59,998 nucleotides of DNA from Planctomycetota bacterium (lineage in GTDB: Bacteria > Planctomycetota > UBA8742 > SKZP01): contig JBFWQT010000002.1 of assembly GCA_050249295.1 (NCBI GenBank), positions 1 to 59,998 of the forward strand, given 5' to 3'. Below the pieces are notes generated by a model, which made no database searches, had not been told where the DNA came from, and was given only the letters and a program-made list of their open reading frames with translations. Both the position numbers and the translations under genes were made by a program. Shown here in pieces: positions 41,401-49,570 of the stretch. The first letter of the stretch is position 1; every line of letters starts with the position of its first letter.

Positions 41401-42788
41401 AGGAAGACAACCCGGACTGGGACTTCTTCGAGCGCGATGCGGCCGGCAATGCGGCCGACCCGAACGACCTTGGCATCCTGTATGCCCGCGTCGACGCCAT
41501 CGTGTTCCTCGATGCGCTGCCGTTCCCGATCCTGCCGCACCACTGGTACCACTTCTCGATTGCCTACGATTCGAACGACGCGCCGAACAACCCGCACCCC
41601 GCGGGCGAGTATCAGTCGTCGCCGTTCAACGTGGCGATCAACGGGTTCCAGTGCCGGTACGCCCAGGAGATGGTGGTGCCGGATGGCCCGCTGGCGGCTG
41701 GCCTGAACGACCACCACACGTTCTTCCAGGGTGCCGACGCCAAGATCGCGCATGCCTCGGTGCGGCTCAACGAGCTGAACCCGGAAGACCGCATCACGAT
41801 CGGCTGCATCGAACGTCTGATGCTGCCCTCGAGCTGGTATGCGGCCAACGGGATCAACCCGCAGCTGTTCCAGTTCGCGCAGAACGACCCGGCGGGCGGC
41901 GACAAGGACAAGCCGTTCCGTCTGGTTGCTCCGGCTGAAGCCACGATCGACAACCTGCGCATCAGCAGTGGCAAGGTCAGCCAGAACCTCTGGAACTACG
42001 CCACGATGACGCCGACCGGGCCCGTGCTGCAGTACGCGCGCTACAACCAGGCGGTCAACTATGCCTACGATCCCAACTGGTTCTCGCCCACGCAGTACAG
42101 CAACCCGACGCTCAATCCGAACTTCGCCAACTCGGTGATGACGGACGGCCCGGGCATCTTCTACGAGAACGGCTGGGTCAACCCGTACAACCAGGCGGTG
42201 CGCCCGGCCTGGATCGCGTGGCAGGAGTGGCGGCCCCGGTTTGATCCCAACCGGCACCTCGGTCCGGCGGGCCCCGGCCCCGGTCGTCCGCACCTGACCC
42301 TGGGCGGCAACCCGAACCTGGCGAACTACGAGCCGCCGCGCTCGAACATCGCCCCGTTCGAGTCCGACTACGTGCAGATCTTCGCCGGCCCCGGCAAGTC
42401 GCGCGTCAACAATGCGTGGACCCAGGTCTCGGGTGCGGACAAGCTCGACTCGGAGCTGTTCCACACCAAACCCGAGTTCACGAATGACCCGTACCTGCGT
42501 GCTTTGCCGACCAACGGCAGCATGCGCCACGACAATCGCGAGTTCGACCCGGTGAAGAAGCTCTTCATCCCGGCCGACGGCTTGAAGGACAACGTGACCT
42601 GGTACGGCGGCATGGAGTGGCCAAAGAACACGGTGGTGCCGGTGGGTGGCACGATCATGTATCGCGCCTACTTCCGCCGCGGCGAGGCCACCGTTGCCAG
42701 TCCCGCGAACGCGACGCCGGTGCTCGACGAGGTCGTGGTCGGCCTTGCGACGCCGCCGCGCTTCCTCGAGTACGTGCTGGTTGACTGA
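38484..42788 (+). CDS. Giant (1434 aa) GspK-like minor pseudopilin-type protein with a LamG/ConA-like region
   Basis: ATG 38484, 7 nt after AGGAG (38472-38476). N-terminus MLSTTGWHRLRARASRG/TVLIIVLGVLTILSVMGTAFSRFMRTELQASKYF resembles the GspK leader plus hydrophobic helix. GspK-type HhH motif: PPINVNTASREVLMILFNRL. LamG-like strings: GTIEFWCKF..HWYHFSIAYD. The track start 38358 is an upstream extension. Confidence 0.8.
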   Translation: MLSTTGWHRLRARASRGTVLIIVLGVLTILSVMGTAFSRFMRTELQASKYFELRKKAEQLAHDGIVLASAKLADFAAQRHYTSPLKADWPYEHDYATGRPNPYTPAAGGVPAKGFGMVPLRDSADVSFPEAAPPAPLTVGEISHYRPGDTSTLVADGDVLKLKVIECQSQINVRWLSHATFQTFRDALWDLGVQISLARCGNWFGQNPFLQDEDHVVNGEQVVTSLWAEIDSDAQINPPGNQSYADREFGSKQEFLDSLRNIHTNLNMPDTLWELAQDYITCTSWPLIDGYNSAPNQVVEVHDPDEDGEDTDYYWLRDGVQNNNANFPGLKEMYNLKRVAMPPINVNTASREVLMILFNRLKGEREYKDVQGRQWVVDPLYGMPDVVRPANTENGIGNDGKNRGDLLNVDAANDATLKWIEIGPFNSGNSTSILAHSNEILVDLLLKERDNRPFTSWNDFDMRFISRLDTKENGGFTGDQFGMPEGIAALPHPRIPWNDGAELPGVNNGALGKVGLIVGGVIKPQAFSTPDWDHFWYAACRDLIRAALQPAPKVTKFNPDEAYWQGIDTIDVTQRVAPVCFHSYGLYEVTSLAQLRGPVFNPQTGVYDIAPVVSSTVRAVVKVMDILRHHSQADFCTGFVASGTNPPSASLRSATNLTANGTITFPNSVDESRPIGLHQFNVGANHEARGAGVPPSKDFGYVQIRPEDRSPYQLSYYTDVLGYLRRITSGATAGTNFVQHFEASGLEVNVAPQGVFAAQNRNDFAAVPPTFDWGLGKMLDRLSTANNNAISPEGREGVAAFTDCYPDGIHLWGRGREPDLPEFGGQYSPRYKRYIAGAVDPFKENPEQEANLPYNRGTIEFWCKFQDDWYGTENSLRARTGPGPDKALPGKRNDAQRNSWHADNYFCGLFGGTTFRYRDDRAVGVQMFIYKDVGMQLKIVRMLFAQAFEGNIDPVTGNIDQVNDLGDLAAEMKEDNPDWDFFERDAAGNAADPNDLGILYARVDAIVFLDALPFPILPHHWYHFSIAYDSNDAPNNPHPAGEYQSSPFNVAINGFQCRYAQEMVVPDGPLAAGLNDHHTFFQGADAKIAHASVRLNELNPEDRITIGCIERLMLPSSWYAANGINPQLFQFAQNDPAGGDKDKPFRLVAPAEATIDNLRISSGKVSQNLWNYATMTPTGPVLQYARYNQAVNYAYDPNWFSPTQYSNPTLNPNFANSVMTDGPGIFYENGWVNPYNQAVRPAWIAWQEWRPRFDPNRHLGPAGPGPGRPHLTLGGNPNLANYEPPRSNIAPFESDYVQIFAGPGKSRVNNAWTQVSGADKLDSELFHTKPEFTNDPYLRALPTNGSMRHDNREFDPVKKLFIPADGLKDNVTWYGGMEWPKNTVVPVGGTIMYRAYFRRGEATVASPANATPVLDEVVVGLATPPRFLEYVLVD

Positions 42789-42811
42789 ACCCGCGCACAG
42801 CTGAACCTGCA

Positions 42812-42851
42812 GGGCTCCGGACGCTCAGGCATCCGGAGCCCTGTTCGTTTC
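42812..42851 (+). terminator. GC-rich hairpin after the GspK-like gene; the loop contains the stop codon of the convergent epimerase gene
   Basis: GGGCTCCGGA (42812-42821) pairs perfectly with TCCGGAGCCC (42832-42841), 10 bp with a 10-nt loop, followed by TGTTCGTTTC. Confidence 0.55.
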
Positions 42852-43826
42852 GCGCGGCCATGCGGATCGCATCGCTCGCCACCTTGCCACCAGCTCATCC
42901 ACCGCCGCCGGCCACAGCGGATGCTCGAACGTGAACCCCGACTCCACCAGACGGCCCGGCACCACGCGACGACTCTTGAGGATCAGTTCGGTTTCGGTGC
43001 GGAGGAAGAACGCGCCGATCTCCAGCATCCACCGCGCCGCCGGCAGCCCGAACCACACGCCTGCCGCGCGCCGCAGTTCGCGCATGAAGTCGGCGTTGGG
43101 CAGCGGGTTCGGCGATGCAATGTTCACCGCGCCGGCCAGCTCGTCGTGCGCGATCAGCCAGCGCACGGCGCGCACGAAGTCGGCATCGTGGATCCACGAC
43201 ACGAACTGTCGCCCGTTGCCGTTGCGCCCGCCGAGGCCGCGGCGCACCAGGCCGAGCAGCACGCAGAACGCCGAGCCGCGGTCGGGGTTCATCACGATCG
43301 ACGTGCGCATCGCCACCTTGCGACAGCCCGCCAAGTCCGGCGCGTCGGCCAGCGCCTGCTCCCACGCCTTCGCGACCGACACGCTGAAGCGCCACGTCTC
43401 CGGCACGCCCGGCTCCCCGGGGCCGCCGATGATGCCGGTCGCCTCGTCGTTCGGCGCGTCGTAGCGGTGCGCGTAGATGGTGGCGGTGGACGACTGCAGC
43501 CACACCCTCGGCGGCGTCGCGGCCGCGGCGATCGCCTCGCCGACGATGCGCGTCGAGTCCACGCGCGAGTCGATGATCTGCTTGCGGTTGGCCGCGTGAT
43601 AGCGGCAGTTCACCGTTCGGCCGGCCAGGTTGATCACCACGTCGGCGCCGTCGATCTCTCGCGTCCACTCGCCGACGCTCCGGCCGTCCCACGTCGCGAT
43701 GCGCCACGGCACCGGTACTCGCGGTGTCGACCGGCCGATCACGCAGACGTCGTCACCGCTGGCGCTGAACGAGCGGGCCAGCATCGTGCCGATCTGGCCG
43801 GACCCGCCGGGGATGACAATCTTCAT
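42825..43826 (-). CDS. NAD-dependent epimerase/dehydratase-fold protein of the YfcH/TIGR01777 type (C-terminal DUF1731)
   Basis: ATG 43826 gives MKIVIPGGSGQIGTMLARSF (Rossmann GxxGxxG). C-terminal SRRVVPGRLVESGFTFEHP is typical of DUF1731. Confidence 0.85.
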   Translation of the reverse strand: MKIVIPGGSGQIGTMLARSFSASGDDVCVIGRSTPRVPVPWRIATWDGRSVGEWTREIDGADVVINLAGRTVNCRYHAANRKQIIDSRVDSTRIVGEAIAAAATPPRVWLQSSTATIYAHRYDAPNDEATGIIGGPGEPGVPETWRFSVSVAKAWEQALADAPDLAGCRKVAMRTSIVMNPDRGSAFCVLLGLVRRGLGGRNGNGRQFVSWIHDADFVRAVRWLIAHDELAGAVNIASPNPLPNADFMRELRRAAGVWFGLPAARWMLEIGAFFLRTETELILKSRRVVPGRLVESGFTFEHPLWPAAVDELVARWRAMRSAWPRETNRAPDA

Positions 43827-43993
43827 GTGCGTGGCCGTGAGGTGGAGTGCGCCGGACGCCCCAGCGTACACGTCATCGCGTCTCCGCGCGCTGTTCCGCC
43901 AGAGCGCCCGGTAGCGGTACCGCGCGCGGATTGCTCCCGGCGGCGATGACCGTCGCGCGTTTCATCAGCGTGCGAGTTCGAGTGAGCGTCACC

Positions 43994-44548
43994 ATGTTCC
44001 GCTACCGTCCGCCGGAGTACCAGGCGTTCGCGCAGCCGATTGCCGGCAGCAGCGAGTTCAGTGTGGAGCCCCTTCCGCCGCGCGCGAGCCGGTGGCCGCG
44101 GATCGCGGCGTTCATCGCAGCAGTCGCCTGGGTCGTGGCGAACGTTGCGGTCTGGGTGATCGGCCTGATTGCCGACCCGGGGCACACGGGCAACCGCTTC
44201 GCAGTTGCGCGCGCGCAAGTCCGCACATTCGGCGACGCGATCGAGCGCTACCGGCTGCGCATGGATGGGCTCTCTCCGAATGCCAGCCCATTGCCCGCCA
44301 CACTGCAGGAACTGATCGATGGCCCACCCGGATTCCAGGGCGAGTGGAGCAACCTGCTCGCTTCCGATCAGCTGCCGCGCGATCCGTGGGGGCGGCCGTA
44401 TCAATACGTCGTCATCAACCAGAGCGAAGGCGCCTACATCGTGCGCAGTCTCGGCGCGGACGGTCGGGTCGGCGGTCGCCTGCCGCAAGACGCGGACATC
44501 TGCTATCCGCCCGCTCCGCCGGCGGGCGATGGGCCGCCGCGGCGATGA
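43994..44548 (+). CDS. Protein with a type II secretion GspG-like C-terminal domain, anchored by a non-prepilin TM helix
   Basis: ORF 43847..44548(+); ATG candidates are 43994 and 43946. TM: IAAFIAAVAWVVANVAVWVIGLI. GspG-type domain: ARAQVRTFGDAIERYRLRMDGLSP..LQELIDGP..LPRDPWGRPYQYVV..GAYIVRSLGADGRVGG..DADI. There is no G/FTLIE prepilin motif. Confidence 0.7.
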   Translation: MFRYRPPEYQAFAQPIAGSSEFSVEPLPPRASRWPRIAAFIAAVAWVVANVAVWVIGLIADPGHTGNRFAVARAQVRTFGDAIERYRLRMDGLSPNASPLPATLQELIDGPPGFQGEWSNLLASDQLPRDPWGRPYQYVVINQSEGAYIVRSLGADGRVGGRLPQDADICYPPAPPAGDGPPRR

Positions 44549-44551
44549 GCC

Positions 44552-47500
44552 TCAGCGTTTGTTTGCGCGCCGTTCCGCCAAGGCCGCGCGATAGCGCGCA
44601 TCGTTGCGCCACTGATCGACGAGCGTTGCCGCGCGCGACCCGGCCTCGGTGGCGGCGTATGCCGTCATGATCAGGCGCATCGTCTCGTACGCCTCGATCA
44701 CCGTCGCGTCGTCGGCGAACTGCGCGATCGTCGCATCCACTCGCGCGGCACCTTCCGCCGCGATCGTCCGCTGCAACTCGTCCGCGGCCGTGCGCTGCTC
44801 CGGTGTCAGTTCCATGCCGGCAAGTGTGCGCAAGCGGGCCAGCGCGCGGTGCGTGTCTTCCGCCTCGCGGTCGGCCACCGCACCGGCCAGCAAGGTGGCG
44901 GCGTCCGGCGCCGGGCGGTCGAGTGACTCGAACCAGTCGAGCACGCGCGCATACTCGGCGACCGGCGGGAAGCGGTGATCGTTGCCCGGCACTTCGCGGT
45001 ACGTCGCATCGAACCCGGCTGCCGACAGCTCCCGCCACGCGCGGAACACGGTCTGCTTGCGCGGCAGATCGTTGCCGCCGGTGATGCACATCACGGGCCG
45101 CTTCATCGCCACGTCGGCCAGGCCACGCTCGTGGAATACGCCGGCGTTGAACGACGCGACCGCGCGGATGCCCTCCGGATGGCTGGCCAGCAGGCTGTAG
45201 TCGAAGTCGGCGCCCGACGAGAAGCCGGTCAGCAGGACGCGCGCCGGGTCGATGCGCACCAGTTCGTTCACGCGCTCGAGCACGGCGCGATGGAAGTCGA
45301 TCTCGTCCTTGCCCTCGGGCCACGTGTACGAGCCCCACGCGCGCTTGCGCGACTGCGGCAGCACCAGCACGTAGCCGCGCTCGTCGGGCAGCTTGCGCCA
45401 TGCCTTCTCGGAGAAGATCGCCGGCCGCACCGACGGGTGCGCCGCGCCGTGGTAGTCGAGGATCAGCGGCCACGCGCGATCCGGCCCGGCCGTGTCGTAG
45501 CCCGCGGGAATGTGCAACACGAAGTACGTGCCGAACTCCGGCATCGCGACGAGCCGTGTACCGGTCGCCGGTGGATCGATCTCGCGCGAGTACAGCGTGA
45601 ACGCGTACCCGGCCTTCGCATCGCGCCACACATTGCAGATCGTGATCACGCGGCCGTGTGCGCGCAGCTCGAACGGCTCGCTGCCCGGTTGCAACGTTGC
45701 CAGCAGCTCGCTGCCGCGCCACACCATCAGGCCCTCGCCCGGCAACGCGCTATCAAAGCCGATGCGCTGCCGGCACTCGACCACGAGTGCGTCGTCGCCG
45801 TTCTCGCCGCTTTGATCCAGCCGGAAGCGCAGCGCACCGCCGAACAGCTCGCCTGGCAAGAGGAAGTAGTTCTCCGGAATCGTGATGCCGCGATCGAGCA
45901 CGAGCGGTTGACCGAGCGAGCCGAACAGCGCGCGCCGCAGCGGGAACCCGCCGAGCGTCGGCTGCGTGCCGCTGCCGCCCAGCACTGGCTTCGCGGCGCC
46001 CTCGCCGAGCATCCACTGCAACAACACCGGCAGGATCTCGCCCACGCGGCCGAGGTTGTCGTGGCAGCCGGTAACCAGCAGCACAGGCGGCTCGCCGTCC
46101 ACGGCCGGCGGGTGGATCGCCGTCGGCGCGCCCGACCACGGCGTGCAGATCACGATCAGGTTGTACGCGTGCGTGGTGTCGGTGTTCGCGCGACGATCAT
46201 GCACGGTGTAGCTCCGCAGCACGCTCTCGCCGCGAGCACGCGCCTGTTGCAGTGTGGCCGCGATGAAGGCCCCGGCGTCGGTCGCATCACCGGCCACGCG
46301 GAACCACGGATCGCTGTCCAGTTCGCTGCGCATCACGGTGCCGGCCACGCGCTGCATGCCGAGGCTCGCCTCGTCGAGCCAGTCGTTGATGCTGCCGTGC
46401 ACGCGGTCGTCGTCGAGGTCGGTCTTGTAGTACTCGCCCTCGCTGAACCACAGTCGCTCGGCCTCGCGGCGCATGTCGCGCGACGACACGTTGGTGGCCA
46501 TGAACCGCTCGCCCGGCGTGTCCGCAAGAATCACCGTTGCGTGCAGCGTGCGCGGCTCGACCGGTGGCGGTTCCTCGCCGGCCTCGCGCATGCGACGCAG
46601 CTCGTCGCGCCGGATCGCGCCGTGCGTCAGCGCGACGAGGCCGCCATGCTCCACGTACGTCGGGTCGGCCGCGCGGCGCGAGCCCACCACGAACGACACG
46701 CTGTCATCCTCGCCCACCTCGATCTCGGACAGCCGCACGTCCAGCCCGCCCTCCGGCTTGGTCGGCGTGAACGACGTGCGATCCGCCAGCGGCCACGCCA
46801 TCCACGGCGCGTACCGGTTGGCCGCGTCCGCCGTCTCGCGCCCGTGCGGCGACTCGAGCACGACATCCATCTCGGCGATCGGGAACTTCTCCCGGCAACG
46901 TCGCTCGCCGACATGCCAGATCAGCAGGCCGGGCGCCGGGAAGTGCTGCTGCGAGCCGGCCGCGCGGCGCACCTCCAGCAGGTAGTACTCGCTGCCGTCC
47001 TCGCGGATCAGCAGCTTGATGCACTCGCGCCGGTCTGCGCCGATCGGCCGCAATGCAATGCGCTGGCTCACGCGCGGGTCAATCACCTGCGGCTCGACCC
47101 AGCCGATCTGCGCCTTGCACCACGCGTCCATGTGGAACGGGAAGTTGTCGTCGCCGGGCGCCCAGCTGTGCGTGCCGTTGGCCATCAGCGAGAACGGCCC
47201 CGGCCCGGTGCGCGTGTTGCGCAGGCCGTACATGTCCTTGAACCCGAACGTGTGGCCGAACTCGTGGCACGGCACGCCGACGCCGAGGAACTGGTCAGTG
47301 GTGCGCGGCTGGATCTCGCTGAGCTGGATGTAGGGCTTGTCGCCGATCTTGCCGCGATGCGGCCACAAGCCGCTCGGGCGCGGGTCGGGGTTGCCGGCGC
47401 AGATGAAGACGAGGCCGTCGCACGCATCGAGCGCAGCCTTCACGTCGTCGCCGTCGCGCTCGATCAGCGCCTGGATCGCGGGCAGGCGGAAGTACGGGTT

Positions 47501-49462
47501 GTTGATCATCGGCCGTGCAAGTTGCTCGGCCTTCGGCGTCGGCACGGTCACCCAGTCGAACACGCGGCCGGTGATGTCCACGAGGCCGTACGACATCTCG
47601 CGGTAGAAATCGCGCAGGCTGCCGGCGGCCGGCTTGCCGGTGGGGTCGGCGTGGTACTCGCCGAGCGAGAAGAGCATGCGGTCGAAGTTGTCGCGCGTGA
47701 ATCGCGGGTCGTGCGCGAAGTCGGGGAACTCGACGAGGATCACGCCGAGGTGCACGTCGCGCGGCCGCGAGGTGACCACGTTCGGCTCGGTCGGCGTGGC
47801 CCCGGTGAACACGCCGTCGTTCCACGGGCCGCAGGTGGCGCGGTGCAGCGTGGCAGTGGTGCGCGCGCCGCCGGGTGCGCGCCATGGCGAGGCGGGCGCT
47901 GCCGGCGGATAGCCGGTGCGAGCCGGGATCGTCAGCCGCGCGACTCCGGCGAACGCGCTGCCGGCCACAACAGTTGTGTCCTGATCCGGCACCGCGGTGA
48001 CCGTGAACGTGTGCGACTCGCCGGGCGCGAGCACCGGCAACTGTGCGTCGCCGCAGATCAGGCCGGGCCGCTGCAACTCTGCGCCGCGCTGCGTGGTGGT
48101 GGCAATGCCGCCCTGGTTGGTCAGCGCGAGCTCCACCGCGTTGCCGTGCCGGCCGACGACGGAGAGTTCCAGCCGCGGCAGGTGCTGCATCGCGCGACGG
48201 AAGAACGGCACGTTGCGCTGGCACAGGTCGGGCAGCAGTTCCAGCGGCGGGTTGCGGCGCACCCACTGACGGAACTCGCCGCCGACTTCAATCATGCCGA
48301 GTTGCGGATGATCGAACGGCGCCCACTCGATCCACGGGTCGCGGCCGACGCGCTTGATGTACTCGGCGCGGATCTTCTCGTCGGTGGCGCGACCTTCGAT
48401 GTGCTGGTCGATGCCGTTGTCGAGCTCGACGATGATCGACGGAATGCCGCGCTGCTCGTAGGTCCAGGCGGTGAAGATGCCGGCGCGGCCCATCCGCATC
48501 GGGTCGTAGCCGAGCATCTGCTGCCCGGCGTCGAGCAGCGGCTGGTACGAGCTCATGTCGACCGCGCGGTTTTCGGGCGTCTCGGTGCCGTGGGCGCCGT
48601 CGGCCAGGCGGTAGAAGATGCAGCGCGCCTGGTTGTGATAGTCGGCGACCAGCGCGATCTGCGGATGCGACTCGACGAACGCGACGAGGGCCGCGCTCTC
48701 CGGCTCCGACGCAGCCGACTCGCCACGCGAGCTGCCCATGTAGCTGCCGGCCTTCCAGCCCTCGGGGAAGTTGCGGTTGAGGTCCACGCCGTTGGCGATG
48801 TCCTCGTTGACCTTGCCGTCGCCGTCGTTGTCCAGGCCCTCCCACCCGAGCAGCGTGTGCGTGCCGTCGGCCTCGGTGCGGCGCATCATCGTGATCGCGC
48901 CGTCGCCATTGATGTCCTCGTAGCCGTCCTCACTGAGCTTGCCGTCGCCGTCGAGGTCGATGCCGCGCTGGTTGCCGCGCGGCCGCCAGCGGGTGCCGCC
49001 AGCGATGAACACGTCGGCCGAGTCGGGGTTCACGCAGGGCACCACGAACAACTGCGAGCGCCGCAACCACGCAGCGAGGTCGGCGTCGTCAGCCGCATGG
49101 GCGAGCACGTCGCGCACGCAGTGGATGAGCACCGGCGTGCCGCTGACCTCGTTGCCGTGCATGCCGCCGGTGGCGAGCAGCGCGTTGCGCGTGAGCAGTT
49201 CGGGGTCGTCCGCGCCGCGCAGGCCGTCAGAGTCGGTGATCGTCAGCAGCCAGAGCTCGCGCCGCTGCAGGCTCTTGCCGATGCTGGTCAGGCGCACATA
49301 GCGCGGATAGTCGGCCGCGAGCTTCTGCAGCGTGGCGGTCAGTTCGGCGTGCGTCTCGTAGCGCGGTGTGGTGGCGGCGGTCGGCGACGGTTCCTGCGGA
49401 ACGGCATGCGTCGTCAGCGCAGCGAGCAACACCAGCAACAGGCAGGCAGGACGGAACATCAT
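44552..49462 (-). CDS. Secreted 1636-aa fusion: M14 carboxypeptidase + M6 (InhA-like) metallopeptidase + alpha/beta-hydrolase esterase + helical tail
   Basis: ATGATG at 49462 gives the signal peptide MMFRPACLLLVLLAALTTHAVPQ. M14: YETHAELTATLQKLAADYP..GGMHGNEVSG..DLNRNFP. M6-like: VILVEFPDF..SLRDFYREMSYG..VPCHEFGHTFGFKDMYG..FHMDAWCKAQIGW. Esterase: LILDYHGAAH..VLLTGFSSGADF..GNDHRF. The upstream 167 codons in the track are Arg/Gly-rich junk. Confidence 0.85.
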   Translation of the reverse strand: MMFRPACLLLVLLAALTTHAVPQEPSPTAATTPRYETHAELTATLQKLAADYPRYVRLTSIGKSLQRRELWLLTITDSDGLRGADDPELLTRNALLATGGMHGNEVSGTPVLIHCVRDVLAHAADDADLAAWLRRSQLFVVPCVNPDSADVFIAGGTRWRPRGNQRGIDLDGDGKLSEDGYEDINGDGAITMMRRTEADGTHTLLGWEGLDNDGDGKVNEDIANGVDLNRNFPEGWKAGSYMGSSRGESAASEPESAALVAFVESHPQIALVADYHNQARCIFYRLADGAHGTETPENRAVDMSSYQPLLDAGQQMLGYDPMRMGRAGIFTAWTYEQRGIPSIIVELDNGIDQHIEGRATDEKIRAEYIKRVGRDPWIEWAPFDHPQLGMIEVGGEFRQWVRRNPPLELLPDLCQRNVPFFRRAMQHLPRLELSVVGRHGNAVELALTNQGGIATTTQRGAELQRPGLICGDAQLPVLAPGESHTFTVTAVPDQDTTVVAGSAFAGVARLTIPARTGYPPAAPASPWRAPGGARTTATLHRATCGPWNDGVFTGATPTEPNVVTSRPRDVHLGVILVEFPDFAHDPRFTRDNFDRMLFSLGEYHADPTGKPAAGSLRDFYREMSYGLVDITGRVFDWVTVPTPKAEQLARPMINNPYFRLPAIQALIERDGDDVKAALDACDGLVFICAGNPDPRPSGLWPHRGKIGDKPYIQLSEIQPRTTDQFLGVGVPCHEFGHTFGFKDMYGLRNTRTGPGPFSLMANGTHSWAPGDDNFPFHMDAWCKAQIGWVEPQVIDPRVSQRIALRPIGADRRECIKLLIREDGSEYYLLEVRRAAGSQQHFPAPGLLIWHVGERRCREKFPIAEMDVVLESPHGRETADAANRYAPWMAWPLADRTSFTPTKPEGGLDVRLSEIEVGEDDSVSFVVGSRRAADPTYVEHGGLVALTHGAIRRDELRRMREAGEEPPPVEPRTLHATVILADTPGERFMATNVSSRDMRREAERLWFSEGEYYKTDLDDDRVHGSINDWLDEASLGMQRVAGTVMRSELDSDPWFRVAGDATDAGAFIAATLQQARARGESVLRSYTVHDRRANTDTTHAYNLIVICTPWSGAPTAIHPPAVDGEPPVLLVTGCHDNLGRVGEILPVLLQWMLGEGAAKPVLGGSGTQPTLGGFPLRRALFGSLGQPLVLDRGITIPENYFLLPGELFGGALRFRLDQSGENGDDALVVECRQRIGFDSALPGEGLMVWRGSELLATLQPGSEPFELRAHGRVITICNVWRDAKAGYAFTLYSREIDPPATGTRLVAMPEFGTYFVLHIPAGYDTAGPDRAWPLILDYHGAAHPSVRPAIFSEKAWRKLPDERGYVLVLPQSRKRAWGSYTWPEGKDEIDFHRAVLERVNELVRIDPARVLLTGFSSGADFDYSLLASHPEGIRAVASFNAGVFHERGLADVAMKRPVMCITGGNDLPRKQTVFRAWRELSAAGFDATYREVPGNDHRFPPVAEYARVLDWFESLDRPAPDAATLLAGAVADREAEDTHRALARLRTLAGMELTPEQRTAADELQRTIAAEGAARVDATIAQFADDATVIEAYETMRLIMTAYAATEAGSRAATLVDQWRNDARYRAALAERRANKR

Positions 49463-49506
49463 TGGCGGCGGCGGTTCGCGGCGTGCACCTCTGTATGGAT
49501 ACTCGC

Positions 49507-49535
49507 GCTTTGCGCCGCCGCCCCTCGTGTAGAAT
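49507..49535 (+). promoter_or_regulatory. Weak candidate promoter for the DUF1800 gene
   Basis: TAGAAT at 49530-49535, with a poor -35 (GCTTTG/CTTTGC around 49507-49512). Confidence 0.25.
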
Positions 49536-49570
49536 CGCGAGACCGCCCACGCCCGCCCGGAGATGCGGCC

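Noticed and set aside
44975-49570. The 5' 4.6 kb of the 2713-aa + strand ORF (44975..53116), which would make a spectacular giant protein
   Set aside because: This part is the antisense shadow of the motif-rich M14/M6/esterase gene. It has Arg/Ala/Gly/His-dominated composition and no recognisable motifs. A proper SD + ATG + signal peptide occurs in-frame at 49571, where recognisable domains begin.
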